Of a stretch of DNA of 64,000 nt, positions 34,393-46,199 are shown piece after piece (positions within the stretch are counted from its first letter, which is position 1; each line of letters starts with the position of its first letter). The position numbers and the translations under genes were made by a program. Origin of the DNA: Eukaryota sp. TZLM1-RC (Eukaryota; Protista; Metamonada: BaSk clade); assembly GCA_040285825.1 (NCBI GenBank), contig JAUPSS010000003.1:620001-684000 (forward strand). The letters are read 5' to 3'. A model generated the notes under the pieces. That model made no database searches and was not told the DNA's origin. It worked only from the letters and a program-made list of their open reading frames with translations.

Positions 34393-35721
34393 GTGTTATT
34401 TAGTCTGTGAAGATTTACATCCTTAATCCTGTTTCGATCCATTCAATAAATATTGTCAGGGTATTTTTGTCACAACAACCATGTTCTTTTTATCAACATG
34501 GAGATTCATAATACCAACATTAAGATGTTTTGGTTGTAGAATTGAAAAAGTTTTTCCTTTACTAGCAATATAATAAACTAGGAATATAGGAATGTTATCT
34601 TAAATCATACTTTGATTTACCTTATCCATTGTTGTGATGGTCCTCTCAATTAGGTTAGTTAAATCAAACATTTATGGAAATGTCAGTAGTAATGATCTGT
34701 GCCTACAACAGAAGGAGTTTCATTACGAAACAAAATGTACAAACTAAAGAAATTCTGAAACAAAATAAACAATCTAAAATTCTGAAACAAAATAAACACA
34801 AGAAGTTGCTTGTAATACTGTATTAAATTCTTCCTTGACCAAGTATAATATGATGACCACAATTTTTATCAATTTGATCGTTACGAAGACTCTTGCTGTT
34901 GTAAGATGTATGTTGTTTGATGGTGTCGAAGTTTGTTTTGAAGATTTTGATTTCTAGATTGTATTTTTGAAAATAAATTAAACCAGTATTAAAAATATTG
35001 CATCATATAGTTTTCTCAAAACGTCAACCCTTTATTTTATCACGCTTTGAAAGCGTTTATGTTTACTGGGTTGTTCTACAATGATAACGTAATATTCATG
35101 ACATGATGCAGTAAGAGATTAAATTTTCATTAAAACAAAAGATACAAGAACCTCGTGAGTCGCAGAGCGTTTACTAAAAAAACCACCGTCATTCAATGAC
35201 GAGGTGGAACAAACATCAGTCCAAAGTACATTTTACACACTGAACCTGTTGAAGCAGCTCAAACACACCACCTGCACAAATTTATAAACCAAATTTTCAT
35301 CAAAAATGAACAAGTAATAATCTAGAAGAAAATTGGTTTTAAATTATATCATTCAATGACACGAATTTTCAAAATCAGACCAACAGCTTATTGTTTCATT
35401 AAGGAAAACATTGCCCCATATCCATAATTAAATTCTATTTTACTTTAACTTTTTGTGTGTTTTTACTCGTCATTTTGTCGTTCAACTGCTGTCAATAGAG
35501 TCCGAGGGGCGAGAAATCATTGGCAAGAAAAATGAAATGGGATCTGATTGCGATGTGCAAATGATATGCCAATGTTTATCACCCTGTTAATCCTTTAATA
35601 CTGACCTTAAGGGATGTGGTGTCAAAACTTGTACCAAACTAAATCTATCAATAATACTTACTTTTTTCAAGGAATCAAATAACCACACAACGAAAAATCA
35701 TTTATTGCAAAGCAACAACTA

Positions 35722-38325
35722 CTAACCAGACAATCTCTGCTTTATACTTTTATGCAACAAAGTCAAAAAGTCCAGATAAGAAATACTAGAACTACTCAAC
35801 TTTGTTTCAACAAGATACTCGTAAAAATCGCGTTGCTCGACAGATTCGTGCCTCACGACCCTGATAGAGTTGATTAAAGACTCCAATCCAAGCTCTGAAG
35901 TAACCAATTTTTTGACAACCAAGGCTTCAAACGAATCATTCTTCAGTTGAGTGGAATTGTTTTCAATTTCAAATAGCGAATTAAACATTTGAAGATCAAC
36001 ATCTTTCCCAACAAAAATAATTGGCTCTTCACTTAAAACCACATAGACTCCTGTAGTCTTGACAAATTCAGATGAAAGACGAAGATATGAAGGTGGGAGT
36101 TCCAAAGGAGTAGAGATGAATTCATCAACATTGTAACTATAAATAGAAACAAGTCTCTGAACTTCTTCCTTTTCCAGGTAATCAGAGATGCAAACCATTT
36201 GAGGGTGGATCAACTTTAGACAATCTGAAACACTAGAGACTAAGGAACTAAACATCAAACAAGCCCTTCTATCCGAATGACAAGGCTCTAGCCTTAACAA
36301 AGGACTCTTCAACAGAGATAAAACCAAAACTGGGAGCAACCTAAACTTTTCAGGTAAAACTAACTGAGTATCATGAGTAGGGCCTTGTGACTGACGGACA
36401 GAAGACCGATAAGTGGCTAATAATGAAACGACACGTTTTATAATGTCTTCTCTGAGGTCAGGAATCTTAGCTCCATCAGTTGAAATGCTATTGGCCACTG
36501 ATTTTACCAATAAAGACATTATACACTCAATGTCAACTTCCTTAAACATTTCTGCAAGGTTATTCTTGATAGGAATCGCCGAGTTGATCACTCTAATAAT
36601 ACGCTCTCCACGTGAGGAGGTAAACAATACCGCAACTTGAGAATAAAAATAAGGGCCGTTCAATTCAGTGGAATAGTTCATTGGAATCAACACACCAAAG
36701 TTATTGCTTACAGAAATGACAGGAATGGAAACTAACTGCTTCTGACCTTGGAAGAGATGACCTAATATAGTGTAATCAACATTCTGACCAATACGGACCC
36801 TGAGCACAGATTCCCAGGCATTTATCTTGCACAACGAATCCTTTACACCTCTAGAGAGCAACTCAAACGCGGAGGGGCCACCAACCATTGGTCTAACTCC
36901 AACTACAGAGCCTCCAGTAATCTTTGATAATGAACCAATGGAGGCGACATCGATGTATTCACTACAATCAATGAACGAGTCTATGGTGATTTGCCTTCTA
37001 CAGCATTGGACAGCAACATCCTTAATTACTGGCGACCCTACCTTTAAGAGTTCGTGTATGTGAGAAGGAGCAACAGAGTGAACGTTTTCGTATTTGCGTT
37101 CTCTGTGTTCAAGGGAAAAGCTTCCAAGATCAGGACGTTGTGCCGCAAATAGTAAAATTCTTCCTCCATTGAATCCTATAATAGAAGCTCCTGCCACAAC
37201 TGCCGACCCTAAACAGTTCGATTTAATATTATTTTTGTTGTGTAATTCCTCGGAAAGAGAGGGAATATAATCCAAAAGTCCTTCAATAGCACCGTAGTTT
37301 GCCCTTAAATTGACAACCAACCCTTCTGCAGAGGGGATAAACATGTCCTCCACATCAGGCACAACAAACTCTTGGGCCTTATCATTAAAAAACTTAAAGA
37401 ATCGAAGTTTTGTATCAAACACAAGAAACCCAACCAACGTCCTTTCATCACCAGAAATGCACTGTAAGGAGCTTCTAATGGTATCACAAACAGCCTTAAC
37501 AAACCCTGACTGGTGGGCGTTGGTAGACACATCAATAAGGAAGTAATAACAAGGGGCTTGTGGAGGCCTCATTGTGTACTCTGAGGGAGCAGAAAAGTCG
37601 ACAACAGAATTGGTTAATTCTTGGAGGGAATTGTTAGAGGAGAGCCTATAGATAAACGACTCGTCTGTTTCACAAGATTTCTTACATATATTACAAACAA
37701 ACCTTCTGCCGCCGTCGTGAAACTCAAAGTACGGATTAACATATGTTCTACAATAAGAACAACGAAGAGGACCAGCTTCACCCAAATTGACTCTTTCCAC
37801 ACTGATAGATGGGTCTTTGAGGTCAGGGAAGGGGGAAACAACGAATCCACAAGGGAAGGTCCACTTGGAAGCAATGGAAGGAGAAGAGGGGAGGCAAGAC
37901 ACAGCATGACGGATGAAGGAAGGAGGGGCAGGGGGAACAGGAAGAGTAGCTGATGTAGGGGTGAATGATGGAGGGGTGGTGGAAGGAACAGTTGCAGGAG
38001 ATACTGTTGAGGGAGATGGAGTGACTGTGGATGGAGTTGGGACATTTGGTGGGAGAGGAGAAGACTGTACAGGGTGAGAAGAGCGAGAATGTTGCCGAGG
38101 AGGGGGTGGAAGGGAAGAACTAGGTGGTTGGGATTTCTGAGAACGGGGTGGGGGAGGAACAGTGGATACTGGGTGATGGGAAGCAGTAGTAGGGGGTTGA
38201 GGTTGCTCATCAGTTTCTTGCTGATGAGGAGGTTTAACGGAGAGAGAAGCGAATGCTGTAGGAGGCAAGTCAACATGCCCCATAACGGCACGCTGGGGAT
38301 GATGATAACTTCCCTTTTCGGACAT
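35722..38325 (-). CDS. SEC24: COPII coat protein Sec24
   Basis: Pro-rich N-terminus, RCSYCRTYVNPY...CNIC zinc finger, trunk vWA YYFLIDVS and GERIIRVIN. Confidence 0.95.
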   Translation of the reverse strand: MSEKGSYHHPQRAVMGHVDLPPTAFASLSVKPPHQQETDEQPQPPTTASHHPVSTVPPPPRSQKSQPPSSSLPPPPRQHSRSSHPVQSSPLPPNVPTPSTVTPSPSTVSPATVPSTTPPSFTPTSATLPVPPAPPSFIRHAVSCLPSSPSIASKWTFPCGFVVSPFPDLKDPSISVERVNLGEAGPLRCSYCRTYVNPYFEFHDGGRRFVCNICKKSCETDESFIYRLSSNNSLQELTNSVVDFSAPSEYTMRPPQAPCYYFLIDVSTNAHQSGFVKAVCDTIRSSLQCISGDERTLVGFLVFDTKLRFFKFFNDKAQEFVVPDVEDMFIPSAEGLVVNLRANYGAIEGLLDYIPSLSEELHNKNNIKSNCLGSAVVAGASIIGFNGGRILLFAAQRPDLGSFSLEHRERKYENVHSVAPSHIHELLKVGSPVIKDVAVQCCRRQITIDSFIDCSEYIDVASIGSLSKITGGSVVGVRPMVGGPSAFELLSRGVKDSLCKINAWESVLRVRIGQNVDYTILGHLFQGQKQLVSIPVISVSNNFGVLIPMNYSTELNGPYFYSQVAVLFTSSRGERIIRVINSAIPIKNNLAEMFKEVDIECIMSLLVKSVANSISTDGAKIPDLREDIIKRVVSLLATYRSSVRQSQGPTHDTQLVLPEKFRLLPVLVLSLLKSPLLRLEPCHSDRRACLMFSSLVSSVSDCLKLIHPQMVCISDYLEKEEVQRLVSIYSYNVDEFISTPLELPPSYLRLSSEFVKTTGVYVVLSEEPIIFVGKDVDLQMFNSLFEIENNSTQLKNDSFEALVVKKLVTSELGLESLINSIRVVRHESVEQRDFYEYLVETKLSSSSISYLDFLTLLHKSIKQRLSG

Positions 38326-38359
38326 CAGCTAATAGCACACTAATGTCAAACAGTAGTAA
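38326..38359 (-). promoter_or_regulatory. Conserved 34-nt pre-ATG leader element, copy 3
   Basis: Minus strand TTACTACTGTTTGACATTAGTGTGCTATTAGCTG|ATG. Confidence 0.7.
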
Positions 38360-38608
38360 CCCGTTGAGAATTTGATAAAAATTGATGATATTTTTTCACC
38401 ACCATAGTGTCTGTGTTTTCAACAATATTCAACCATTTAAATTTCGAAATATTCCAACACCTAATCGTCTCTCATTGATTTTAATTTTAATTCTTTAATT
38501 AATTTAATATTGTTTCGAAGAATTGTTTCTCGAATTGATTTCAGGGATTGTGAGAGTGATGGACAATTGTGAGAGGTTGTAGAATTTGGAGTTTCACTTG
38601 TTATAGTG

Positions 38609-39310
38609 ATTGTCTAAAACAATGCAATAAGTGTCCTTTTACACCGATGTAGAGGGACTGAATTTTGAGAAGTTGAAGATTTTCTTCTTGATACCTTTTT
38701 CTTTGAACCTTTGGCAACCTTGACTCTCTGCAGGTATTCCGGTCTGTCTCCACCTTTTACATGTGCTTCCATCACTGCCAACATATTTAGCGAAGCATCT
38801 CGATCTCTATTCCACAAACTTTCGCATGATTTACACATGGTAAGCCCGTGACGAATAGACATCTCGTGCCTCTTCGATCGCTATGGACTTCTGCATAATT
38901 GGAATGTTTCAACTGTTTTCTCAGCTTTCTTACAGTTGAAACAGCAACAACTGTTTCGAAACTCATCAATTAAAAAGACTTTATGACCAGCCTTTAAATA
39001 AAATTCTCAAACCTTTTCCTGTGGTAGGTTCTTTGAATTTCATGTGTTTTGGTTGTTCCCAGTCTCCGATTCCAATAACTATTTCACTGGGATCACCAAT
39101 TACTTATTTGAAGCACTGAATCATTTTTACCTCAGATCTTGTGCGATTAATCTCAGCCCACCATCTTAGTTTCCTAAATAATTTTTGATGATAGACTTCA
39201 CCAACAATACTATTGTTGATTTACAATTTACAAAATTCTTTTGTTCAATCTGTCAAACCTGCAGCTTTTGGATTAATATGGGATAAAGTTGCCTCCCATT
39301 CTGCTACAGA
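38609..39310 (-). mobile_element. Fanzor remnant, family A (second copy)
   Basis: High nucleotide identity to 6083-6790; GDWEQPKHMKFKEP, IDEF and CKSCESLWNRDRDASLNM. Confidence 0.88.
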
Positions 39311-39929
39311 GTATTTTTTATGCCGGCATTTCATTTATATTTTGGTCTTAAAAAAACCCTTCATCTACAAAGCGATAGTAAAGGACTTCTTCCATGGTTG
39401 ACAGTCTTACTTTGAGAATTTCTTTTCTTCAATCTCAAGAATCAATTTCAAAATATTTGATATCTTACAAATTTGCCAATTTGCTACCATCTTATCATTC
39501 ACGCACGACAACCAAATTCTTTTTTAGATAATGTTTTTGTGGTATCTCAAATCTCAACTCTTCATCAAATCTCCTCTTCAGTTTCAGGCCAACTTGTCTT
39601 ATTTCTCACTCTATCTCCAACAATATTGAGTTTCTTATTGGTTATATTATTCAGTCTCAAAAGCTAATCTAGAACTCCTTAGCTGTTCAAGCTCAGTTCT
39701 TATTGGTTGCAATAACACGAAACATAATGCTGTAAATACCAAATTTATTATTAAAAGTGTTCTACTTTCTCAGTCAAATTTATTACAAAGAATTACAAAG
39801 AAATCTCCTATTTATTTTATGACTCTCAAATAGACAATTATAGCTAGAATTTTGTACCTTTCATTGTTTCATGTTCATCTTCTGACTATGCTAATGTTGA
39901 TTCCAGTTATCTCCTTTCATAGAACCCTG

Positions 39930-40665
39930 TCTGTATAAATTGATAGTTTTTGGAGATGTAGAGCCTAATCCTGGTACTGAATCTCAAAAGTTATTAACTA
40001 AATTGCCTCGAAAAAGAACAAGCTATCAGTTTAAAATTTTGAGATACGACACACCTCTCAAGAATTGAGGAAGGATGAGCAAAAGATTGATACCACACCA
40101 CATCCACAAAGTTTCAGTCAGAATTGAGCTGATGGACCTCAACAGTAATAAACTTGTTGAGTTTCCCGGAGTTTATCTTGATCTGCATTGAAACATACAA
40201 TGTTGGCGAGGAGTGGCATCTGTTTCAGAAGAAGTAGACAAACTCCGAAAGACTAAACACAAATTTGACATAGAACGTCTGGAAGTTTTTTCGATTTGTT
40301 GTATTTGGGGTTTTTCTATATAGACGACTAGGGTGTTTGTTGTGATTATTTGTAGGTTCGCCGTTGCCAATCAGAAATCAAAGCTTTCTCTTCATATATT
40401 GAAAGATCTACATTTAGTCCTGGCGTTTTGACTACTTTTTATTTAATGGCTTATAATTTGATATAGTTTTGATAAATAAGTTAGGCCATTTCCCCTATGC
40501 AGGTTCTTGCTATATTAGTAATGCCTTATCAGACTCTGGGGGGAGAACAAAGATCCAACAATGGAAAACAATGTTTATGTTTGCTTTATTTTCTGAAAAA
40601 AAATTACTATCCCTGTGAAAACTCGATTTTCTTGCACATCAATTGCTTGCGGAAGTTAAACCAAA
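39930..40665 (+). pseudogene. Second, more decayed 2A plus PolB-exonuclease module
   Basis: GDVEPNPGT (39952-39978), LICIETYNVGEEWHLFQ (40178-40228), EVFSICCIWG, LMAYNLI*F(+1)D (40443-40473) and KLDFLAHQLLAEVK (40619-40660), colinear with the 25.6-26.6 kb copy. Confidence 0.55.
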
Positions 40666-41860
40666 ACAACACAATGTACCTTTTATCACAGTTCTTTTTG
40701 TATATTTCAACTGTTTGCTGCATCAACAGTTAAAATTGTCAGTGAATTGTTTTAGGTCAAAGCAGACAAATGATCATCAAACTCAAAAGTGTTTGTCTTC
40801 ATGATTTTAGGTCACCCAAAAAGTATAGTCTGAATGCTGGTTTAAAACCAGCGATGAATCAAAAGCAAACAAAGTATGCAATTGAATTCCCCATTCTATT
40901 CTGCCGAAACTATTTCCTGTACGCTGTTTCACAGTAATCGACAAAGTCATCTCAGTGTTTCTGGAAGGCATTTCCAGAAACAAAGCTGTTTGTAAGACAT
41001 TCCAGAAAGAAGTTTGTTTTCATTAAAAAAAGCTGTATATTAGAATAAGTGTATGATGTAAACGCTCTCACAAATGTTTCAAGTGCCCAAAACAGGGACA
41101 TAATGCTCGAACGGTCCCAATGTTGGAAATAATGATGTTGCAAATTTTATTAAGTGTGCATGTTCAATTAATATTTTTTATACTGTTAAGGGAATAAGGA
41201 TAAAGATAATTGTATTTAAACTTATACTATATTAAGGTACTCACTAGTGAGTTATCTACACTACCTTCTCCTGTTTTCTTCATTAATATTATTTACAGTT
41301 GTTTTTCCGCTGGCTTTGCGGATAACACTTTTGCTGAGGCACGGGCAGAGCCTGTGCTGAGCTATTGGATTCTTAAAATTACATTTTCTTTTAACTGGTT
41401 CCTTGTTGAATCGTAGACGATAAGTCTTGGTCATAAGGCATTCCCCCAAAGCTTTTTGATCCATCAAAATTTGAAAATTAAACACTCTAGGAAATCGAAA
41501 TCTAATGAAGTTGTGCAGAAAATATGGCTGCAATAATGTTACTGCGAAGTGTGGCAGCAAAGATGATCACAGTGTGTTAGATTGACTTTATACAAGCCAG
41601 TTTATAGGTTATAAGTTGTACCAATTTGAATCTTTTAATTCTGTGGTTTTCATTCGAAATGCATACTTTCTTCAAACATCATTCAAACTTATTTCAAGAA
41701 CTTTCATTCTTTGTGAGAAGTATGATCAATGAATTCTTCCTTCTATGTTGTAGCCACATTCACTCATAGATCTTCCTCTATTCCTGGTGAATCGTTGATG
41801 TGTGCATTGTGTGAACACTCTTTCCCGTCTCATCACATTTTTCTCGATGTTTTTATACAA

Positions 41861-42939
41861 CATCAGTGGTGGAAAAAAACGCAGAAGAGGAAAAACAAAT
41901 ACAACAAACTCTGATAACAATAACAATGATGTAGATGAAGATAATTTAATAACAAAGTAGTGTTTAAGATAGTAACGTAACGTACATTCAACAAGTCCTA
42001 ATGACAAAAACAAAATAATTCCAAATCAGTAAATTCAACAAGAGTTTACTTACCGCAGCAGCGTTTAGTGTAACTAATGTAAATTCTTTAAGAAAATAGA
42101 AAAAATTGGTCAAATAAAGAGTGTATTTTGTATCTGTATTTTTGTATTATGTATTTTCATTTTGGCGTTGTACTTCACAGGTATGGTTAAATCTTTATTT
42201 CTCAAAACAATGGACTGCACCCAGAAATCTCCTTTGGGTTAAGGGAAAATCCTAGAAGCCATCATCTTCACGAACCTTCCAGTACTTACAATATATTGAG
42301 GATCAAGGTCACTACCACTTTGCAAACTGTTTTGAATTTGCGTGGTTGATAATCATTTGTGTGAATACTAGTGAATAATATAATATAATATAATATAATA
42401 TAATATAATATAATATAATATAATATAATATAATATAATATAATATAATATAATATAATATAATATAATATAATAGAATATAATATAATATAATATAATA
42501 TAATATAATATAATATAATAGAATATAATATAATATAATATAATATAATATAATATAATATAATATAATATAATATAACATAAGATAATATAATATAATA
42601 TAATATAATATAATATAATATAATATAATATAATATAATATAATATAATATAATATAATATAATATAATATAATATAATATAATATAATATAATATAATA
42701 TAATATAATATAATATAATATAATATAATATAATAATATATAATGTTAGTGACTGTAGTATTATAGGTGATTTAAATTGTAACTAAAAGTGCTAATACTG
42801 ACCACATAACTAATAGTTCCAAAATAAAATATTATCGATTCATCTTTTATTATAGTGTTCGTGCAAGTGTTGGTGAAAAAAGTGGTGTGATGAAAGAGGA
42901 TTTTATAATTAAGTGTACAAAACGAAAACCACAGTTGAA
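41861..42939 (+). repeat. Dispersed ~1-kb repeat containing a (TAATA)n tract; inverted copy at 60837-61719
   Basis: Both flanks of the microsatellite match the 61-kb copy in reverse complement. Confidence 0.9.
42374..42744. repeat. (TAATA)n pentanucleotide microsatellite, ~370 bp
   Basis: Directly visible, with a few interruptions. Confidence 0.98.
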
Positions 42940-43040
42940 TTATCCACCAATTCAACCCAAATCAAATTCCAAACTCTCCAACCAAATACACATACAATCT
43001 TCATTGATCAACATGAATACATTTTAAATCTTGCACTGGA

Positions 43041-44933
43041 ATGCATCCATCCATCCGTCAACTCAAATCAGGACTAGAACATGGTTCTCGATTGTCTGAT
43101 TATGAAATTACGTCGCTCTTAGGCAAAGGCGCATTTTCCAATGTATTTCATGGAGTCTCCAAGCATACGGGACACGATGTAGCCATCAAAGTTGTCGATA
43201 AGAAAGCAGCAAAGGCGAATAACACCATCCATCGAATCATATCTGAAATCGAACTTCATTCACGCTTGGAACACTTTAACATTGTCGATCTGTACTCTTA
43301 CTCAGAGGACAAGTCATCCTTCTACATCATCATGGAATATTGTAATCAAGGGGATCTCTTTACATATCTTCACGAACATGGGAGTCTTCCGGAAGAAACG
43401 GTTCGTCAATTTGGTAAACAAATTGTCAGTTCTCTCTCGTACTTGCACTCTCACAACATTGTTCATCGAGACTTAAAATTGTCCAATATTCTTTTAAAAA
43501 CCGATACCAATGCGACCTCACCATCCCTGAAACTTGCTGACTTTGGTTTAGCGGTGTATCTTGAGGATAACAATTCCGAAGCAAACACCATTTGTGGAAC
43601 CTTGAACTACATTGCCCCTGAAGTATTTGCAAGGAAGCCTTATGGTAAACCTAGTGATCGATGGTCACTCGGTTGCCTTTTGTTTGCACTAGTTTCAGGT
43701 TATCTACCCTTTGACGGTCAGGAACCCCCCAAAACAAATGTTCGTCTTGTGTTTCCAAGTCATGTTTCTTCAAATGCAAAAGATTTGATTACGAAATTGT
43801 TAAAGGTTTCTCCTAACGAAAGATTAGATCTTGCCTGCATACAATTACATCCTTTCTTCAATGATCATAATGACCATGAATCTTGTAGGTCAACACCTAC
43901 AACCTATTATAGGCCTGCATCACGACTCTCAAATCTCACATCAATGTCTCCATTGACAACACCCACAATCAAGCAGAAACGGTTCAAAGTAAAGCAGCAT
44001 CTTACACCATTGTCAACTCATAACGTCAGGACGTTCACTCATACAGCCAAGCTGGGTAAAGCAGTAATTGAAGGACCAGGGAAAGCTGTCAAGCTAGTGT
44101 TTGATGCTGATGGTTCAGTCTTTTCTGTTTCAGGTGATGGAAGGGAGATAACCGTCACAAAACCTTCTACAAGTGGAGATATGGTCAGCACTGTCTACGA
44201 ATTAGCTGAATTACCATCAAAATATCACAAAAAGTATCTCTATGCTGCAAATTTTGTACAAATTGTTGCCCAAAAGACAGCAGTTGTCGAGTACAGGACG
44301 GACTCGGCTGTTTTTACACTCACTGCAGCAGACACTTTTATTGGGAAGTTTCAGGAAGGGATTGAATTGGAGATTCAACGAGATAAACTGAAGGTTTTGC
44401 AAGCTAATGGTGACCTTAACACTAGCTATCAGATCAGTTCAGACTTTTCTAGTATATGTTCTCCTTCCCCGCCCCAATCCTTGTCTTTTGCCATTAGTCA
44501 CATGCTGGAGTCTTTTCAGCTGTGTGCCAATCTCGCACGATCAGCCCATGAAGATCTCCCCATCTCAGTCATTCATCCTTCAGCAATGAGCAAGGAGGAC
44601 ACAAAGCCTGAAAAATCTAATACACCAGAAGATAACACTTCAAGTGTAACCTCTGTAGTCAATATCACTTCAGCAGTTGATAATTGTTCTCTCAATAGCC
44701 CTGTTTTTGATCCTAATATTGGTTGGGGGTTTCGTATTGGGAATGGGACGGTGATGTTTGCTTTGAGTAATGGAACTCTTCTTTCCCTGTCACGTTCGGG
44801 ACAAGTGGTTTCTGTCCTGAAAGGAGCACTTGAAGGTAGGACCTTCAACCTACTTTCCGACTCTATTCCTCAATCTGTTATGAGTCATATATCACTAGTG
44901 GCACCATTGTTGGCTAAAATGAACTCAAAATGA
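43041..44933 (+). CDS. PLK4: Polo-like kinase 4 (SAK)-like
   Basis: Intact kinase (LGKGAFS, VAIK, HRDLKLSN, DFGLA, CGTLNYIAPE) plus a cryptic polo-box region (VSGDG...LPSKYHKKYLYAANFVQIV) and a C-terminal polo box. Confidence 0.88.
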   Translation: MHPSIRQLKSGLEHGSRLSDYEITSLLGKGAFSNVFHGVSKHTGHDVAIKVVDKKAAKANNTIHRIISEIELHSRLEHFNIVDLYSYSEDKSSFYIIMEYCNQGDLFTYLHEHGSLPEETVRQFGKQIVSSLSYLHSHNIVHRDLKLSNILLKTDTNATSPSLKLADFGLAVYLEDNNSEANTICGTLNYIAPEVFARKPYGKPSDRWSLGCLLFALVSGYLPFDGQEPPKTNVRLVFPSHVSSNAKDLITKLLKVSPNERLDLACIQLHPFFNDHNDHESCRSTPTTYYRPASRLSNLTSMSPLTTPTIKQKRFKVKQHLTPLSTHNVRTFTHTAKLGKAVIEGPGKAVKLVFDADGSVFSVSGDGREITVTKPSTSGDMVSTVYELAELPSKYHKKYLYAANFVQIVAQKTAVVEYRTDSAVFTLTAADTFIGKFQEGIELEIQRDKLKVLQANGDLNTSYQISSDFSSICSPSPPQSLSFAISHMLESFQLCANLARSAHEDLPISVIHPSAMSKEDTKPEKSNTPEDNTSSVTSVVNITSAVDNCSLNSPVFDPNIGWGFRIGNGTVMFALSNGTLLSLSRSGQVVSVLKGALEGRTFNLLSDSIPQSVMSHISLVAPLLAKMNSK

Positions 44934-45938
44934 TGTGAAAATGATATATTTTTTTGTTTTTTGAATTTCTTCTATTCAACGTTCTTGCTTTTGATTTGGT
45001 TTTCTGTAAATTTACTTGGGTCAATCTAAGTTTTTTTAATTTTAAATGAAATTCATTATTTCAGCCATTTTTAAAATATCTTGTTTTAAGTTACGCTTCC
45101 TTCCAAATAAGTCTTAGGTCAGACTATAGTATATGGGAGACTGAGTCTCATATCCGAATATCAAAATCAAACCAAAGGTTCAATCCCCTTCCAAAGACTC
45201 ATTCACTAATGTAAGCAGTCATTCCAACTTTATTTTACCAAACAGCATGGCAAGGAGCCAAAAAGTTGATTTCACAATTCGTTGTCGGCACCCTCAGTTA
45301 GAATGGATGGAGCATATACTAAGTTCCAAGAAGAGAACTTGAACTTTTGTCTTGGAGAAGTACTGTTTTTGTTTTGTATCATTAGATAAATTGAATAAAC
45401 CACTAATAAAAATATTCGGAGCAACTCTATTGTATATTTAGAGATCATGTTTCCGTCTATCAGTTAGTTCACCTGAATGGTTCCTTTTAGATCATGAAAA
45501 CCAAACAATAAAACTATGCTTCAGTCATATGACTCTACAGTACTAGAAGTTTATGTGGTATTCACGCTTGATTGTCGGCTTGCTAAGTAAAAGCTTTCAG
45601 GTTTTCAGTACAACTAATGATAAAAATTGTGAATATTAAATTGATAGAATGTTTTTCTTTATCTCACAACACCACTATTTCCCAAAACATAGCCAAAAAG
45701 TGAGACTAATTTTGAATCGTTCACTAAAACAAAAGATGTAAAATATGGTAAGCGATGTCATTCAGTGTAATTTACATGTAAGACTTATTTCCAATGCAGT
45801 AAATCACATGAGAGTGCATTTGCTCATGCAACAGTTACCTTTCTGCAAACATTTCCTTCAATTCCAATTTATGATTGGTGCTGGGTTCTTGATCCCAAAG
45901 TTCAGATTATACAAATTATTTATTACACAAATCTGTGA

Positions 45939-46198
45939 ACTGTGAATTTCACTTATCATGCATTCCCCTGTGAAATTCACTCCTGTTTTCAACTTTCTCA
46001 ATGTCTACTCACAGGCTGTAAGAGACATGTAGCGTCAATTGACAAAGACAATCATGATCTTCATCAATGGGCTACCTCACTTAAATACACCTACTGCTTT
46101 CACAGAACAAAGCCTCGCGACTTGATGTATCTAAGTGGATCTAACCAAATGCTACCAATGCACTTGTAGATCGGTTTCAAAAGTTTTTAAAACAAAGT
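45939..46198 (-). ncRNA. Orphan copy of the candidate Fanzor omegaRNA scaffold
   Basis: Direct repeat of 57618-57875; the same hairpins are retained and homology stops at the same 3' base. Confidence 0.55.
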
Positions 46199-46199
46199 A

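Noticed and set aside
37614-38343. Alternative-frame and antisense ORFs over SEC24 and other long genes
   Set aside because: Shadows of the real coding frames, with low-complexity translations.
41060-41120. Zinc-knuckle scrap KCFKCPKQGHNART
   Set aside because: An isolated transposase-tail remnant that cannot be linked to the upstream 2A-exonuclease module.
42312-42581. ORF with YYIIL repeats
   Set aside because: It is simply the translation of the (TAATA)n microsatellite.
42374-42744. (TAATA)n as a telomeric repeat or CRISPR-like array
   Set aside because: It is internal, flanked by the same dispersed repeat on both sides, and has no spacers.
41720-43013. Solo LTR with defined TG..CA termini and TSD
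   Set aside because: Candidate ends (41721/41746 and 43013) give no matching TSD, and homology to the 61-kb copy covers only 41861-42939.
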